Below, in pieces: positions 1 to 14,212 of a DNA stretch of 64,000 bases. The notes under the pieces are model-generated. The model did no database searches. It was given only the letters and a program-made list of their open reading frames with translations, and was not told where the DNA came from. The stretch covers positions 31,064,001-31,128,000 of the forward strand of contig CM119371.1 of NCBI GenBank assembly GCA_051294905.1, written 5' to 3'. Every line of letters begins with the position of its first letter. Positions within the stretch are counted from its first letter, which is position 1. The position numbers and the translations under genes were made by a program. This DNA comes from Botryllus schlosseri. Its lineage: Eukaryota.

Positions 1-909
1 TTTCAAATTGGTATTTCAGAACTGGAAAATTATGTTCTCTCGATATGGCATTTGTCTTGTTGTGGGACTTGGATCGCCAGGACCGGAACATTCGGCGCCA
101 GCCATTTAGGCGCCCATGCACATGGACAATTACACATATATTTGTATATATCGAAGTTTTCGGTCAGCACCGTGGCAGTCCTTTTCGCCCAAGGTTTTCT
201 CGCTGCTGATCGTTCTGACGCACTTCCTGGATTCGCATGTTACATAGCCTTTAACTTCATATGTCTTGGCGCGTCATGGTGCGGTAATGGCCGACGCCCA
301 ACTGCCCATTTCTATAGATCATGCCTAATTTTTGTTGGGAAAGGGTACCCAATAATCAGATATCTGACAATAATAAAACGCGCGTATAGCGCGAAAAAAA
401 ATCCTGAAAAATTTCAAAAAATACACCATGATTTATGGTAATTCTCGAAATTCCCCTTTGAGCTCGGCCCCTCCAATTGGAGGGTTTGGGGTGCGAAAGC
501 TACGGTCCTGAGTAAATATTACGTAATGTTCATGCCACGCGAAGAAGACTATCATTCGTTAGTTTCTCGCAGATTAACTTCGAGCTAGCCCATTGGTATT
601 TAAAACTTAGTTAAACCATGTTATTTTGCCATTCCCAGAAAATAATGCGCTATTGAAATGATATCAGTATCGCTCACGTGTACGAGGCCATACTAAAATA
701 ATATCTTCCGTGAGGCGCAGGTGATCGTGAACTCTAATTTCTTCACGGAGCGCAATAGTTACCTTTGCGGGGCGCACTTGTACCTCGGTTTCAGACTTCA
801 GTGATAACACTATTTGGCCCTGGCAATGTTCCATCTTAATTTTCACGAATCTGCGCGCCTGCGTGGTCCATTGGACAACAGTGCACTGCAACTATAAAAA
901 AAACATCAT

Positions 910-1002
910 TCTGATTTTTTGCGCGCAACGTAGATTTTCTGTGCGCAGAGACCGTTTCAGCACTGCGCATTTGCGCACGTGCGCAGCTTAGAGGGAACAT
1001 TG
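910..1002. mobile_element. Right end of a hAT-type MITE (other end not located)
   Basis: TGCGCA-rich subterminal repeats ending in ...cttagagggaacattg (reverse complement CAATGTTCCCTCTAAG, a hAT-like TIR). Confidence 0.45.
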
Positions 1003-1326
1003 ATTACAGGGGATAGTTGTAATGAACTGCCTGGACGACAAATACCCAATCTAATATGTCCATGTACATTTCCGATCAGCTCCGGATTAATGTATTTATT
1101 AATCTTGGCTTACTATACGCACCGAAGTCGCGAGCTGTGACGTTATGAATAGTCCACTGGAATAGATATAGTCGATAGAGTTTTCAGTTTCACGAACGAA
1201 TCTCGCTACTAATATTTGTAGGTTCACATATTCGTATCAAACACTTATTCTATGTGATCAGATTCACCATCGAGTTGTTGGAAGAGCTGCATTCTAGAAT
1301 AGTTAGTTATAAAGGACGGGTTAGTC

Positions 1327-2382
1327 CAGTGGTTCCCAACGTGGGCGATATCGCCCCCCAGGGGGCGATTTGTCGGTCCAGGGGGGCGGAAATAGCCAAG
1401 GGGGCGATAGGGGGGGGCGAAAACGGACGAAGGGGCGATAGGGGGGCGATGGCGCGTTTAAATGGCTATATTGGCGTCCATGACCAAAACTGCCACACCC
1501 AAACCCACAATTGGGAGTCCGAGCTCGAAGGAGGCCCACAATTTTTTCGTGAATTAACATCAATTATAGAGTATTATTTTGGAAATTTAGGCAACTTTTT
1601 CAAAAAAAATTCGCGCTACGTGCCATTTCGTGGTCTCATATTTCTTGCTTATTGGATAAAAATCAATTGCCCATGCAGAAATACCAATTTGAAATTGTGT
1701 GCGTCTTTTAGTTTAGTACGTAGGGGCGATTTGAATATCTTTTGACATAGCAGACAGGCCACGAAATGCCATTACGTAACGAAGTCATTATACCCACGGG
1801 TCCTCCCGAATATGTTCGATTAATATTTACGGGCCCTACATTTTCCAAGACACCTCACTCAGTTTTACCAGTAAATCTGAATACATGAGCAGAGAGAGGA
1901 TGAAAATTGACAGCAATATATATGCAATTCCCAATCATATTGACCGATTCAATTATGAATGATAAAAAATTTTCCCGCTTTGCCCGAATTAGGCCGACTA
2001 ACTAAAGAGTCCAACAATTTGTGCTGAGAAGTAGCGGTAAAGAGGTATCGGGGGATTTTGGTTTGAAAGGTGCAGAAGTTTGCTTTATCGCCCTGTGGAG
2101 GGGGGTCAAGACCAACGTATTGGGGGGGGGCTGACGAAGTGCTGTTATGGTCTTTCTGGAATCAAGTCGGAGATATCACCTTCCTTGTTAGTCAACTCAC
2201 CAAAATTCAGCTGGAAAAGTGTAATTTCAAGGTCGAGCCGAAAAGTTGACCTTTTTATTAGTCAACTCTCCGGTGATTTAAGTCTGTATGCCCATTTTTA
2301 TGTTCCCAATATTTGGGGGGGGCGATTATCGGTATGGAGTTTGAAAAGGGGGCGACGAGTCGAAAAAGGTTGGGAACCACTG
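1327..2382. mobile_element. Non-autonomous hAT (Buster/Charlie-type) element with GGCGA subterminal repeats
   Basis: TIR CAGTGGTTCCCAAC / GTTGGGAACCACTG; exact 8-bp TSD GGTTAGTC (1319-1326, 2383-2390). It interrupts an older repeat that is uninterrupted at ~4910-5475. Shorter relatives at 25588-25963 and 48535-48925. Confidence 0.92.
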
Positions 2383-2870
2383 GGTTAGTCAATTAGTCGC
2401 TTTGCTGCATACTGTTAGTAGTTAGTTGCTGACATCCCACCAGGATTGTCGATATAGCGGAAATATATCTGAATCGCCCAAACGTGCTAGAAACAAATTT
2501 CTTTCGTGAGGAGAGCACGCTTCAAAGTTGATATTTATATATGGGGTGCAATATTTTACCCTGCCCTTCACATATGTACTGTGTAGCTCAGATTGCAAAG
2601 GGCGTTGTTATATTATAATCGAAATTAAAGTAGTGTTAAATCGCTCGCAACGCGTAGAAAATGTCAAGAATAATTAAAGTCTTTTAGTAATTCGGGAGTC
2701 AATTCGTAAATTTGATGTGCATATCGACGGCTGCTAACACAAACAAATTAAATTACGTGTCGACTGCCGCACAAATACTCTTCTGCTGCCGCTCATTGGC
2801 AACCCCTGATCAGCTATACCTCATAGAAATCTCACACAATTTGGGTTGTCAGAAACATCGAATAAGTCAT

Positions 2871-3165
2871 GGTCGACAAGATAGCATAATTGTGAAGCGT
2901 TCGGCTTCTTGTTTGGTGGGTAGTGGGTTCGATCCCCTGCCGGGTCACCCAAAAGTCCTAATTAGTAACAGCGGTCTTCATGACCTCCCCGCTTGTCGCT
3001 CTTGCATTACTTGGATATCATGGAATTTTGGTGCAAGACTTAGATAGCCGTACAAGGCTTCTTTGTCCGCTGACATATGCCCACCATGAACTTATGGTAT
3101 GCCTATGCACAGATCGCGTGTGTGAGTCGGTATATATGCCGCTTAACCATGATAGACAAAAATAA
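2871..3165 (+). mobile_element. Degenerate tRNA-derived SINE
   Basis: B-box-like GGGTTCGATCCC at ~2925 with a weak A box upstream, a SINE-like body (ggtcacccaaaag...ctccccgcttgtcgctc) and an A-rich end. Confidence 0.45.
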
Positions 3166-4171
3166 ACCACGTTCTTTTCCTTCACCAATTCCATTACTAG
3201 TCAGTAAATTCTTGGGAGTTGCTGCTATTGGCATATTCTCGAATTGAGGTGAGGGCGCCGAACTCAAACTCGGCCACATCAGTATGACGAGCCAGATATA
3301 GGCGTCACTCCATGAAACCTAAAACAAACTACAATGTTACTTCCCAATCCAGTTCTTGCGACGCATTTGAACTTTATTACGCACATATTATCGCCATCTT
3401 CTGACCAACCTTACTATTCCACGAAAACATATCATTGTATCCCTACTGTCTGATATTGAAATAATCATTCGACCCCGGTGGCAGATCAGCAGTATCCTTC
3501 ATTGCAACACAATTTGTATTTCTACTGTATATTTTGCTAAGGAAGCCGCTATCAGCAGGTGGTTTTTGTTGCCGGTACGGTAGGTCCCGGGAAAATAATG
3601 CATTCGGAGACCATTCCGACACTGTAAAATATTCGTGTCTGCTCTTCGTGTTTCTGCTCAATGGATCATTACGGAAATCGTCCGCGAGACGCGTGGCATT
3701 CCGTATAGCTTCATTTTTGCTCAAATGCATTCGTTGAAAATGACCTGGAACTTTTGTATGAGGAGGCATGTGTAAATTCCGTATACTTCTTATAATACCC
3801 AACGATAATTGTGATCATTTGGAATCGTACTTTGTAATGGTGTGGAGAGTGCAGTTAGATATGCATGACTTATGGTCACGAAAATGACCATTGAATTTAT
3901 GAAAACATGCTGCACTACAAAGTTCCTGATAAAACACTCACACTCACCAATTTGATCTTCTGCCGCAACGTTCACCGAGCTGTTTATCATCCGTAGATCG
4001 ATGTTTTCGCAATCTGCCAACAATCAAGATCCTGAGACGCGTGAGAATATTCTAATACATCTTATGTTCCGATATATGAGCATTTGAAAGCATTTGCAAA
4101 TCAAGGTACGACTTACCATCATGAAAACTTACAAGAATGTCTTACTAATATTGGATTATGCAGTGCGCCAT

Positions 4172-6434
4172 CAGACATGGGGTGATTACTTTATGAATGT
4201 AATCGATTGCGATTGCGATTACTTCGGAATCACGCGATTACGATTACGATTACGATTACAGCAAAATCAGTGAGTAGTCGATTACGATTACGATTACATT
4301 GGAAAAGTAATCACGATTACTCACGATTACATTTATTTTGCTTCTCAGAACTAATCTTGGCCGATATATTGGAAGACAATGTAAGGAAATACGGATTGCG
4401 ATGAACAGGCCTCATGAGATAACAACTTTGTTTTTAATGGTAGTCATTTGCTTGTTGCATCACAATGTACCCATTGCCCAACTTTATATGGGGACGATTT
4501 ATCGCACGCATAGATTTGCATTCTTGCCAGGTTCGTAACTGTCGCACCCTAAACTCCCCAATAGTGTGGGAAGCGAGCTAGAAGGGGTCTCAAAAGTCTT
4601 TCATACATCAACATAAATTAGAGTATTTTCGAGAGATTTAATTAACTTAAAAATTTTCTTTGAGCTTGGCGATTTAATGTAATTAGATCAGCGGTTCTCA
4701 ACCTTTTTGGACATGCGCCCCCCTTGGCGATGGTCAAAAAAAGTGCGCCCCCTTACTCCTACTGTACTTATGGTCATGTCAAAAAGAGCACATCATCTAA
4801 TACAGAGGTAAGCAACCTTTTTGCTAATCACGACCGCATTTCGACTACTTGTGCACCAAAATCGCGAGTAGCAATGTTATAAAGAGTTGCTGGGGCTGAA
4901 TATGGTCGCGAAATTTTTCAGATTCACGAATGAATTCCGTAATTAATAGTATAGCAGTATCACATAATATTACTATCAAATAGCCTATTTATCCTTTCTC
5001 AGTGCATGTGATCAGATTCACTGGTAGAGTTTATGGAGGTAGTGCTTTCGAAAATTTAGGGCAAGTTATAAAGGATAATGCATCTTCGGGTGGGCCAATT
5101 GGGATTAGTCACTTCGTTGCATGTTGTTATTTCTTGAGCCCCCATCAGGATTGTCGATTGTATCGGTAGTGGAAATAGTGGAAATATATTGAAATCGCCC
5201 AAATGTACCGTAAACAAATTTATTTAGTGAGGAGCACACGATTCCGATTGCGGCTCAGATTGAGAAGGGTGCTACTATATTAAAATCGATAAATAAAGTA
5301 ATGTTGAGTTGCGCGGAGTGCGAAGAAAAATTCAAGATTAATTAAATCTCTCAAAAATTCGGGAGTGAATTCGTAATTTCAATTTGCATGTCGACGGCCA
5401 CCAACACATACTAATTCAATTAGGTGTCGACGGCCGTGCAATTTCCCTTCTACGGTCGCAGGTTGCCCATCCCTGATCTGATAGTATAAATATGGTATGT
5501 CTTACGCCAAGTTTAAATCCGCATTCCAGAAAGCTGGATATTCCGAGCAAACTTATGTACCAAAGCAGGTAAAATTATTGAGATTGCCAAGGAGCATGCT
5601 CGTGTAGTGTTGATTTTAATGCCGCCAGCACCATGCTTAGAGTGGCCCGCAGTTGAAATGCAATAAATTTCAAACAAATATGGTATGACTAAGTGAAAAT
5701 TGTATTATATGAAAAGGTTCACAGTGCAGAACCTACTAAGGTTCGTTTGTGAACGTGAACTTCTAAATTTCCGAGGTTCACACACAGAACGCGAACGTGA
5801 ACCTCACGTTCACACCATCCCTATAGAGTACAATATTTAAAATCTTTGTCGCGGCAACGGCCAAACTGCGTTTAACTATAGATTACTAACCTACCGTAGC
5901 CGTAGGTTAGCAATCTATAGCTTAATTAAGCATAACCTAACATCTATACATAGGTTACTATTTGAAACAAGGAAGAGTGTTGATTATTTTCCTGTTGCGA
6001 GGTAGTGGCGTCTGGAGTGCATTGATATATCCTGATATAGAGCATGGCGGATGTTCTTACAATCAAGCTACAATTGTACATCCAATATCTGTTTACCACA
6101 TGTGGAATTGTGGATACTTCTTACTCAATGACGAGCAAGGCTAATACTTCTGACGTAAAATGAGCAGTGGCGTTTGAAAATCAGACGTTTGTGCTATCAC
6201 TAATCTGGTATAATATCTCTTCTTAGTTCACGAATGTTCAGTTTATGTCATAGTCCTTGTATAAAAAGTAATCGTTCTTTCTCAAAGAAATCGATTAGAT
6301 ATGGGAAGTAGTCGATTACGATGACGATTACTTTGGAATTTTTTCGAAAGTAATCGATTGCGATTACGATTACTTGAAAATGCTGTAATCGTCGTAATCG
6401 ATTACGATTACTAATCGCGATTACCCCATGTCTG
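4172..6434. mobile_element. Non-autonomous hAT-type element with (GATTAC)n subterminal arrays, containing nested repeats
   Basis: TIR CAGACATGGGGT / ACCCCATGTCTG; exact 8-bp TSD TGCGCCAT (4164-4171, 6435-6442); CGATTA repeats at both ends. Confidence 0.92.
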
Positions 6435-8748
6435 TGCGCCATATTATTATATTGAATAACTTTAACATGATTTTTGGTGAATATAATATTGAAGAAAGAA
6501 ATGGGAACTCAGATACTTCAGTAATTACTTACTGCCGTGCACTTGTAATATTGCGACACCAGAATTCCCGTCTTTACCCCCTTCCGCCATGATCACGATC
6601 CGGTAATGTTAAATATCATACAATACTAAGAAGGCAAGGACAGTAAATAGACCACATTTTTTGAGAAATTATATTTGAATACCGCTCTGAGACTAGAAGA
6701 ATCGATTTGAGTCCTCTTATTCAGGAGCTTTGAACATCCACAACATTAGAACATACAATAACCCTATAGTAATAAATGGGATTGATGTAATAAAATACTC
6801 TAATTCACCGGGCAAAACCACCGAGATTCTAAAAAAATTGAGCTTGGTGCGTCCAGACTATGATTGGGATTTAAGGGGAGATAGGGTAATAACAGGGGGA
6901 GACAGGTAATAACATTTCTCGCTAACCCCATTATCGCTGAAATACGTTGTCATGTAGCCTATCGTGTGTAGATCATAGTCCAAAATAAAATGAAAGTTTT
7001 GATCATGAAATTTGTTATTGTATTTCTACTTATTTAGTAAAATATCACTTCTTTTATAGTAACAATGCATATCGCCAGTGTTAGAGAGCAAAGCGTAGCA
7101 CTCATTTGAATATTTAAAGTGTTGGTTGGTCTACCAAGGCCTATTTTGTCTAGATGTCGCATTCTTGCTGCCGGCGGCCTCTACGAAAATCCATGACGTC
7201 ATGGTAGCACTAATTCGAGCTCACTGCATGGGATTCCTCGTGTGCTCCATATTTTCTCAGAAAAATCTGGTATTTATTGTTCGGAAATAAAGGCCGAAAC
7301 GAGAGGTATAGAACAGACGGGCGAAGCCTCACCCTTGACAACACAATTCATATTTGGCTTAGAATTTTTTACAACTGATATAAATCGAGTGTGACTGCCA
7401 CAATGATTACGAAAATCTAAATACCTAATCGACTTCTCAAAATATTCGGCGGCAACATAATATTGTGCTACACGCCTACATTTTATCGTCGGTACTACAC
7501 CGAGCTATACTTACCGATAAAAAACGTGGATAGCTAGGACGTTGTTTCTAATTCGAGTTTGTAACAGTTCATTTCGCGAGGTAGATCAGGAAGACAATTC
7601 GTACTTGAAAACCGCGTTTAGAAATGGGCGGCGCCGTGTCTGCTATGCTCTTTGATTAATCAACGTATCGCACAATTCAAGATGTTGAGTCGGATACATC
7701 TAATTCGCGAGTGATTTTGGCCGCCGGCTTTGCAGTAACTCAAATTTGATGATTTTGAAAAGAGGGGCTCGAGCCCCTAAACATGAAGACGACATTGTGT
7801 TCACTTTTCAAAGACATGTCTGTACTGCCACGAGAATATTTATTTTGGCCGTGATTAAAATTTACCAACAACTCGTAGCAATAATGATCAATTCAAAACA
7901 AAAATAAATATTTGGCAAAGAGCCATGTCTTATACCCAAAAGAGTCATATACGGCTCGCGAGCCATAGGTTCCCGACCACTGCCTTAAGCAGATATTTTC
8001 ATTAGGCAAAACTTCATACATTGGACTGGAAACTGAATATTTCTCGAAACAAGTGGCTCTTGTAAAATATTGCGATCAATAGGTTCAAGGTTAAATCTCG
8101 GAGGCCAGCTCCTCATCACCTAGTGCGTTTTTGGAGGACTGCTGTCACACATACACATATAACAGCAGTTCATTAGCTTGTGTTGATGGAATACTCTGAT
8201 TTCTGAACCCTGTTTAACTTCTAATGATTCAAATCGTTCTCTAACATCGTCATCTTGATCGAAATCTTCAAACGTAAATACGACTCAGGTAACACTGGAG
8301 CAGCTGCATGAGGCAATGGATGTACAGCTGGCAATATATGTAGCCGATTGTTTATTTTTCTTGCCATATCCTGCAGTTTGCATCTAATCTGTGTCTGAAA
8401 GTTCCTTGTGTGATTACATCCTTTACCGTCCAACCAAAGCTGGACTGAAGCATCGGCTCATATCGATACCAGTAGGCTACATTTTTCCTATAAATATTCG
8501 AGCGACCCCTTCGGTAATACACTTAATGCACGATTAACCCTACGTTAGTACCCTGGTAATTGTGACACCGGTATTCCCGTGTCCGTCAATGTATTTCAAC
8601 CTCGTCTATATACGAATCAAATCTTGAAGGATTCTACGACATGATAGCACGAATTCAGTCACAGGGGTTAATAGCTCGGGCTGGATAAGAGGTTATAAGT
8701 CGTGAATGGGATGTCATCATTACGGCATGACTCAATGAGAAAGGACCG

Positions 8749-9830
8749 TTAAAAATCGTATCTTGCACAATTCAGTAGAAAATGGACGACAGTTTCGGCG
8801 ATATTACAATGGAGACATAGTGGAGTATCTGAATATCCTATTTTAAACGAATGGGCTTGAAGCCTACAATGGCCGGAGCGCCGACGGAGCATGATGACCT
8901 CGAAATGCCGACATGCATGCATTGACGGGAATTTAATTGAAATTAAACTGTGGAAACGCTTATAATGTATCCCTCTATCTTCACACGCGTACAGTTCCTG
9001 CCAGAGAGTTTGCGAATATGGGCGGACAAGTGACTTAGCTTCTCCGATGGTCACCTCAGGGACCTGACGATTCGGGCCAGACAAGGCCGCGGATGCTGCT
9101 TCGCGGTCGGCGATCTCGTTGCATGGATACCTTTGTGACTGGGATTTCATCCAAATTCTACCTCTATACCTCTTCCAATAACCCGCTCAAGCAAGGGGAA
9201 AAACTTGTTAAAGATATATGTCGGCGCAGTGAAAGGGTTGGATATCGTGTTCGAGTAACTAAGCGAATCTGAAAAAATCACATATTTGTCTTCTTTGCAT
9301 CCATCATCGGAAACCCAGGACAGTGCATGAAGAATCGCTAAAAGTTCAACATGAAATACGGAATGATAAACATGACAAGTTCTAGGCTAACCGATACCGA
9401 TCGAGAGGGGTTAGAGAAAGCGTAAGTGGTTGCTATTGATGTCTTGGACCCATCTGTATATATCTCGATAGCTCCGTCGTGGCATTCAAACATATAGTCG
9501 TGGAAACATGCTTTTATGACATCTTGAGTAACATTCTTTGGGTGTAAACGTAGCAGTTGCGTATTGACGATTGGTGGGCAGGCCAACCACGCAGCTTGAT
9601 AGTGGTAGAGGTTTTTCTCCCCTGAAATTTTCCGAAACAACGGGACGTTGGAGTGAGTGTTATACGTGACAAAGCTAGGTCTAAGTAGCCCATATATCTC
9701 GTGCCATGACTCTTGCAATAGCCCTAGTGCGGAATGTTGGTCTGTATTTTGTTTGAGTAGGTAACAGCGATAAGTCATACACAGATATTTATGTCTAATG
9801 TGAAGAGGGGGCCGTTACATGCTGCTTGTA
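8749..9830 (-). pseudogene. 3' fragment of a non-LTR retrotransposon (I/Nimb/Ingi-like): RNase H plus C-terminal CCHC, frameshifted
   Basis: Minus-strand motifs in order: IYTDGSK, VIFSDSLS (~9260-9285), NEIADREA, CLHCNIAETVVHFLLNC; broken by frameshifts. Confidence 0.85.
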
Positions 9831-9849
9831 ACGCACAGACTGCGGACGA

Positions 9850-10225
9850 TGTTCATACATGAGTGCCGAACCTCGGTATGGGAAATATGCCTGTGTATAT
9901 TTTGGGTATTCGGCATACCCGCAATTTTATCATGAGCACATCCTTGTTGGCCAATTGTATACGCTTCGAAAATAATGGTCACTATGTATTACGCGAAATG
10001 GGAGGGAGGATAAAAACGTGATTTCGTGGCACATGTCAATAAGAAGAGCACGAGCCGAGAAATTCCATTTCATCGTTGCTATGAATCGGATGAACAAATT
10101 AATACTCGCTTTTTCTGAAAGTTCTTTAGTAGGGCCGCGAAATTTGACAGTGTTATTGCGAGTATGTAATTATGCATGGTAATTGCAATTCATTACTGCG
10201 CCTCATTGTCATTCACTCCGGTAAG
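9850..10225 (+). repeat. Unclassified interspersed repeat; other copies at ~26010-26830 (+) and ~29830-30375 (-)
   Basis: Shared blocks gggtattcggcatacccgc, ggataaaaacgtgatttcgt and tcatcgttg.tatgaatcggatga in all three copies. Confidence 0.75.
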
Positions 10226-10230
10226 TGGTG

Positions 10231-10387
10231 TGTATCGTGATTGGAAATTACTATTACTTGATTACAATTACTGAATTGTGCTGTAATGCGTCGAGTAAAC
10301 GTCGATAGTCATTCGTTTTCTATTGCCTTGCACGTCAGGACCTTCTGTTATGTTCGCATGAATAAAGTGTCAAGTTAATACATTACA
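10231..10387 (+). repeat. Short 5' LTR of the gypsy element (start approximate)
   Basis: TG...CA-bounded ~157 bp segment with AATAAA at 10361, directly followed by a PBS. No second LTR is present to confirm the 5' boundary. Confidence 0.55.
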
Positions 10388-10404
10388 TGGCGTTGTCGGC
10401 AGGA
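10388..10404 (+). promoter_or_regulatory. Primer binding site complementary to a tRNA-Ser 3' end
   Basis: TGGCGTTGTCGGCAGGA, one mismatch to TGGCGTAGTCGGCAGGA (complement of the animal tRNA-Ser 3' end, from memory); lies between the LTR CA and the gag ATG at 10440. Confidence 0.75.
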
Positions 10405-10893
10405 CCTATCTAAAAGAAAGGCCACACAAACTATCATAGATGGCTACGAGAGGAGAGCAAATGGAGGAACTGCTCGAACACTTGATTGCAGAATCAGAGA
10501 AACGCGAAAAATAAAGGGAAGATGAGTTGAAGAGATTGGAAGATCACCACAAAGAGGTGTTGCAGCGCATGGAAGCTGATTACAAAGATGCCATTGCATC
10601 TCTTATGGGGCAACTCAAGCCTAACTCGGAACGTTCGGAGGAAAACATCCAGTCACGTTTCTCCGAATAAACCACCAAGACTTGTGGCAGATATAGACAT
10701 AAAAGACTTTCGAGGGTGGGAGCAATTATGGGCGGATTATGCAACAGTTATGACACTAACGAGTTTACCGAACGGCGAACAAGTATCCCACCTTAAAAGA
10801 TTGTTCTCCCCAAAATTACTGGACACACTTATCCACGTATTTCATCCACAATATTCCGAACAAACCGATCTAACTGTCAAAGATATTCTAGAA

Positions 10894-12391
10894 CAGTGGT
10901 TCCCAACCTTTTTCGGTGTGAGGGCCGAATTTAAAATTTCAGAGTTCGGTCGGGGCCGCACGAATACTAGGGCAATGAAACGGACCAAAATAGTCATCAA
11001 AATATGAAAATCGGCATTGTTCCGATCAATCGCTTGACGCCATTAGCGATTGTTATGTTCATTGTGTTACCGCGCTCCCATTGTTCAGAACAATCGACCT
11101 TTGATGGCTATTTCGGAGTCGTTTTATTGTCCTGGCGAGATTTCAAAACTGCGTACAATGTTTACCGCTACTTATCTGCAGCATTGGGTGTCCATTGAGT
11201 GAATCGACTTTTCTCGCGTAAACGCGCGAAGCGCGAGAAATTTCTTTACTTCATGACTGAATCGGTCAATATGATCGGGAATTGCATATGTTGCTATCAA
11301 TTTTCATCCTGTCGCTGTTTACTTAACATGATGTACTGGTAGAGCTGAGTGAGGTGTGTTGGAAAAGGTAGAGGCCCCTCGATAATAATTAAAGATCTCC
11401 GTGGGTATTCCCGTTGGCAGAAATGTAACAGCATTTCGTCAGCCCCCGGGCTCCAATAGGGTGATAAACTGGCCCCGCATCACGTTTTTCGCTTTTGACA
11501 CGAAATTAAAGTTTTATTGTTTAGTGAGCCAGCGCGAAGCGCGAATATTTCGATAATTCATGATAAAATCGGTGAATAAGATCGGGAATTGCATGGTTGT
11601 CGTCTCTGCTCACGTAATCACATTTACCGGTAGAGCTGAGTGTCTTTGAAACTGTGGACCCCATAAAATTGAACATCTTCGGGCGTGCGGACCCCGTGGT
11701 ATGACTTCCTTACATGATGTTATTTCGTGACCTCTTGTCTGCTATATCAGAAAAAGTAGAATTGCCCAAACCTACTAAACTGAATGATCACACGATTTCA
11801 GATTGGTATTTCTTCACTGGCATATAATTTTTTTCCTGCGGGATGGTATTTGGCTTATGAGGTTCAGATTGCCAAGACAGGGACATTCGGCGACAGTCAT
11901 TTCGGTGCCTATATGGACAATAAAACCTATAGGTATTTTGTATATATAACGAAGTCTTTGGTCAGCATAAAAGCAGTCAACCAGTCAACCACCTGTTAAT
12001 GTGAAAGAAAAACTGTATTTTCTAGGAGTTGAGCCTATTTATATTTTTTAGTCAAACGACCACGAAGTGGGCAAAACTTACCATTTTTTAGGATTTTCCT
12101 CCGGTTTTGAAAGTTATGAATACCTATATATATCTATAGCTACTGCTCGTTCAACTGGAAAGTTAGGGCACATTGCATTGAAACAGCTGTGACGTAACGT
12201 TAGCAGTCTACTCACAACTTCCCTGCAATTATATAATTAAAAACTACAGAGGCCAAGCCAAGCAAGAGTATACCTATTTTATAAATATAAGTTTTTTTTG
12301 TCATAAATCGAGTTCTTACTATATTTTGGGGCCGCAAGAAGGCTATCTGGGGGCCGCATGCGGCCCTCAGGGCCGCGGTTGGGAATCACTG
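10894..12391. mobile_element. Non-autonomous hAT (Buster-type) element inserted in gypsy gag
   Basis: TIR CAGTGGTTCCCAAC / GTTGGGAATCACTG; exact TSD TTCTAGAA. Removing it joins ...TVKDILE to RIYKYLRDQRN... Confidence 0.93.
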
Positions 12392-14157
12392 TTCTAGAAC
12401 GAATCTATAAATACTTGAGAGATCAGCGGAATGTTGATCTTGATAGAGTGGAGTTTAAAGAACGCCAACAACGAGCTGGCGAAAGCTTTGACTCATCTTA
12501 TATGGATCTGAGGAAGATTGCCAATAATTCCGAACTTTGAAAGCATTGTTTTGAAACGCGTTTGACAATACGCATTATTTCAGGCGTCATATCAGGAGAA
12601 GTGGGAAAGGTCTGATGCAAACCAAATCCTTTCCCAGTTTGAAAGAAGCTGTGGACATATGTCGGAGTATGGAATCGGTGTCCATAGGTGACCAAGCCTT
12701 GGCGACTGCAAGTTCAGAATGGAATGGGCACACTGTGAGCAAAGTCATAAGGAGCAAGAAACCAGCGAGCAAAGGGGCGAACACATGTCGGAATTGTGGG
12801 TTACCTCATGCAGAAGCTGCTAGATGTCCAGCAGAAGAGGAATTATGCTTTTCTTGTAGAAAGAGTGGACATTTCTCTCGAATGTGCCAAGCAACAAACT
12901 TGCCGAAGAATATGGTGATAACATTCTAAAATCTATCGGGGCGTGTCGTTGAAAGAGCACCACCATCGGTATAGTCATTACTGTGTATGATGTTCGAGAT
13001 CGTAATTTGGGACGGCATGCTGTGTTGCCTGACAGTGGAGCGGGAATTTCAATCGCGTGCGAAGAGTGGATCATGTCGATCGGATTGAAACGTGCTGATT
13101 ATTCCAAGCCGCCTTGCGACGCTGTCCTTGCTGCAAATTTCCAGCCGATGAAATGCGTAGGATATGTTGTTTTGAAGATGGAATACGGCGGTAGGAAGGT
13201 GACTCTCGAAGTTCTCATCTGTAATGATTGCGAAGGAGCGATGCTTGCGTGGTATGTTTGTGAGGAGCTGAGAATTCTTCCGGCAAATTATCCGTCTCCA
13301 TTACCTATTGCGGAACAAGTAGTTACCGATAAACGAGACATGTTACGTGAGGTTATCGGTGATATACCTACAGAACCGGTCATGGCTGAGATCTGTCGAA
13401 TCGAGCAACGTATATTCCAGCATTTTGAAGACGTTTTCTCAAACGATGTCAAACTGTCGCCTATGACGGGTGCTGATATGAAGATACATGTCAAAGAAAA
13501 GTTTGAAGCTTATGCCACACACGCTGCACGGGTGGTTCCGTTTCCTCAGAGGAAAGATGAGAAAACTCTTATCGACGAGATGATAGTCAAGGGTATTATA
13601 GAACCGGTCACCTCGCCCACAGAGTGGTGCCATCCGATGGTACTGGTGCAGAAACCCGGTGGAGGTATACGTTTATGTGTTGACTTAACCAAATTGAACA
13701 AGTTCGTGAAACGTCCTGGATACCCTTTGGTGACAGCAAAGGAAGCTGTCGCGCAGATACCGAACAACACGAAGTACATTAGCACGTTTGATGCAACACG
13801 CGGATACTGGCAGCTCCCGCTATAGAAGGACTCTGAATTGCTCACTACGTTCATGACTGCTTGGGGAAAATTCAAATTTATACGCGCACCAATGGGCTTA
13901 TTTTCAACGGGAGATGAATACTGTCGCAGAGGGGACGAAGCACTGAGAGGGCTCCAGGATGTCGCAAAAGTCGTTGACGATATTCTTGTTCATTCCGAAG
14001 ACTTCAAGTCACGCGTCCATCGAGTATGGAGTTTTCTGCAGCGGTGGCTTGAAAATAAAATAACGCTGAACCGTAAAAAGACAAGATTCGCAAAAAGCGA
14101 AGTCAAATTTGCTGGATTCATTATATCCAAGTACGGAATATCTGTAGATCCTGATAA

Positions 14158-14212
14158 GAGCTTCTTGGAGGTACAGAACTTCAATTAAATATACTATTTA
14201 ATACTAATTAAT
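14158..14212. mobile_element. 55-bp AT-rich insertion with a 15-bp TSD in gypsy pol
   Basis: TGTAGATCCTGATAA at 14143-14157 and 14213-14227 flanks unique sequence; removal restores ...ISVDPDKVNAITEF. Confidence 0.8.

Noticed and set aside
1254..1745. 163-aa ORF and many similar short ORFs
   Set aside because: They cross MITE boundaries, often use non-ATG starts from the ORF caller, and show no domain motifs.
3300..4130. Coding-like decayed stretches here and at ~16400-17150, ~24400-25430 and ~43300-44900
   Set aside because: Possibly very old transposase relics, but no motif could be identified with confidence.
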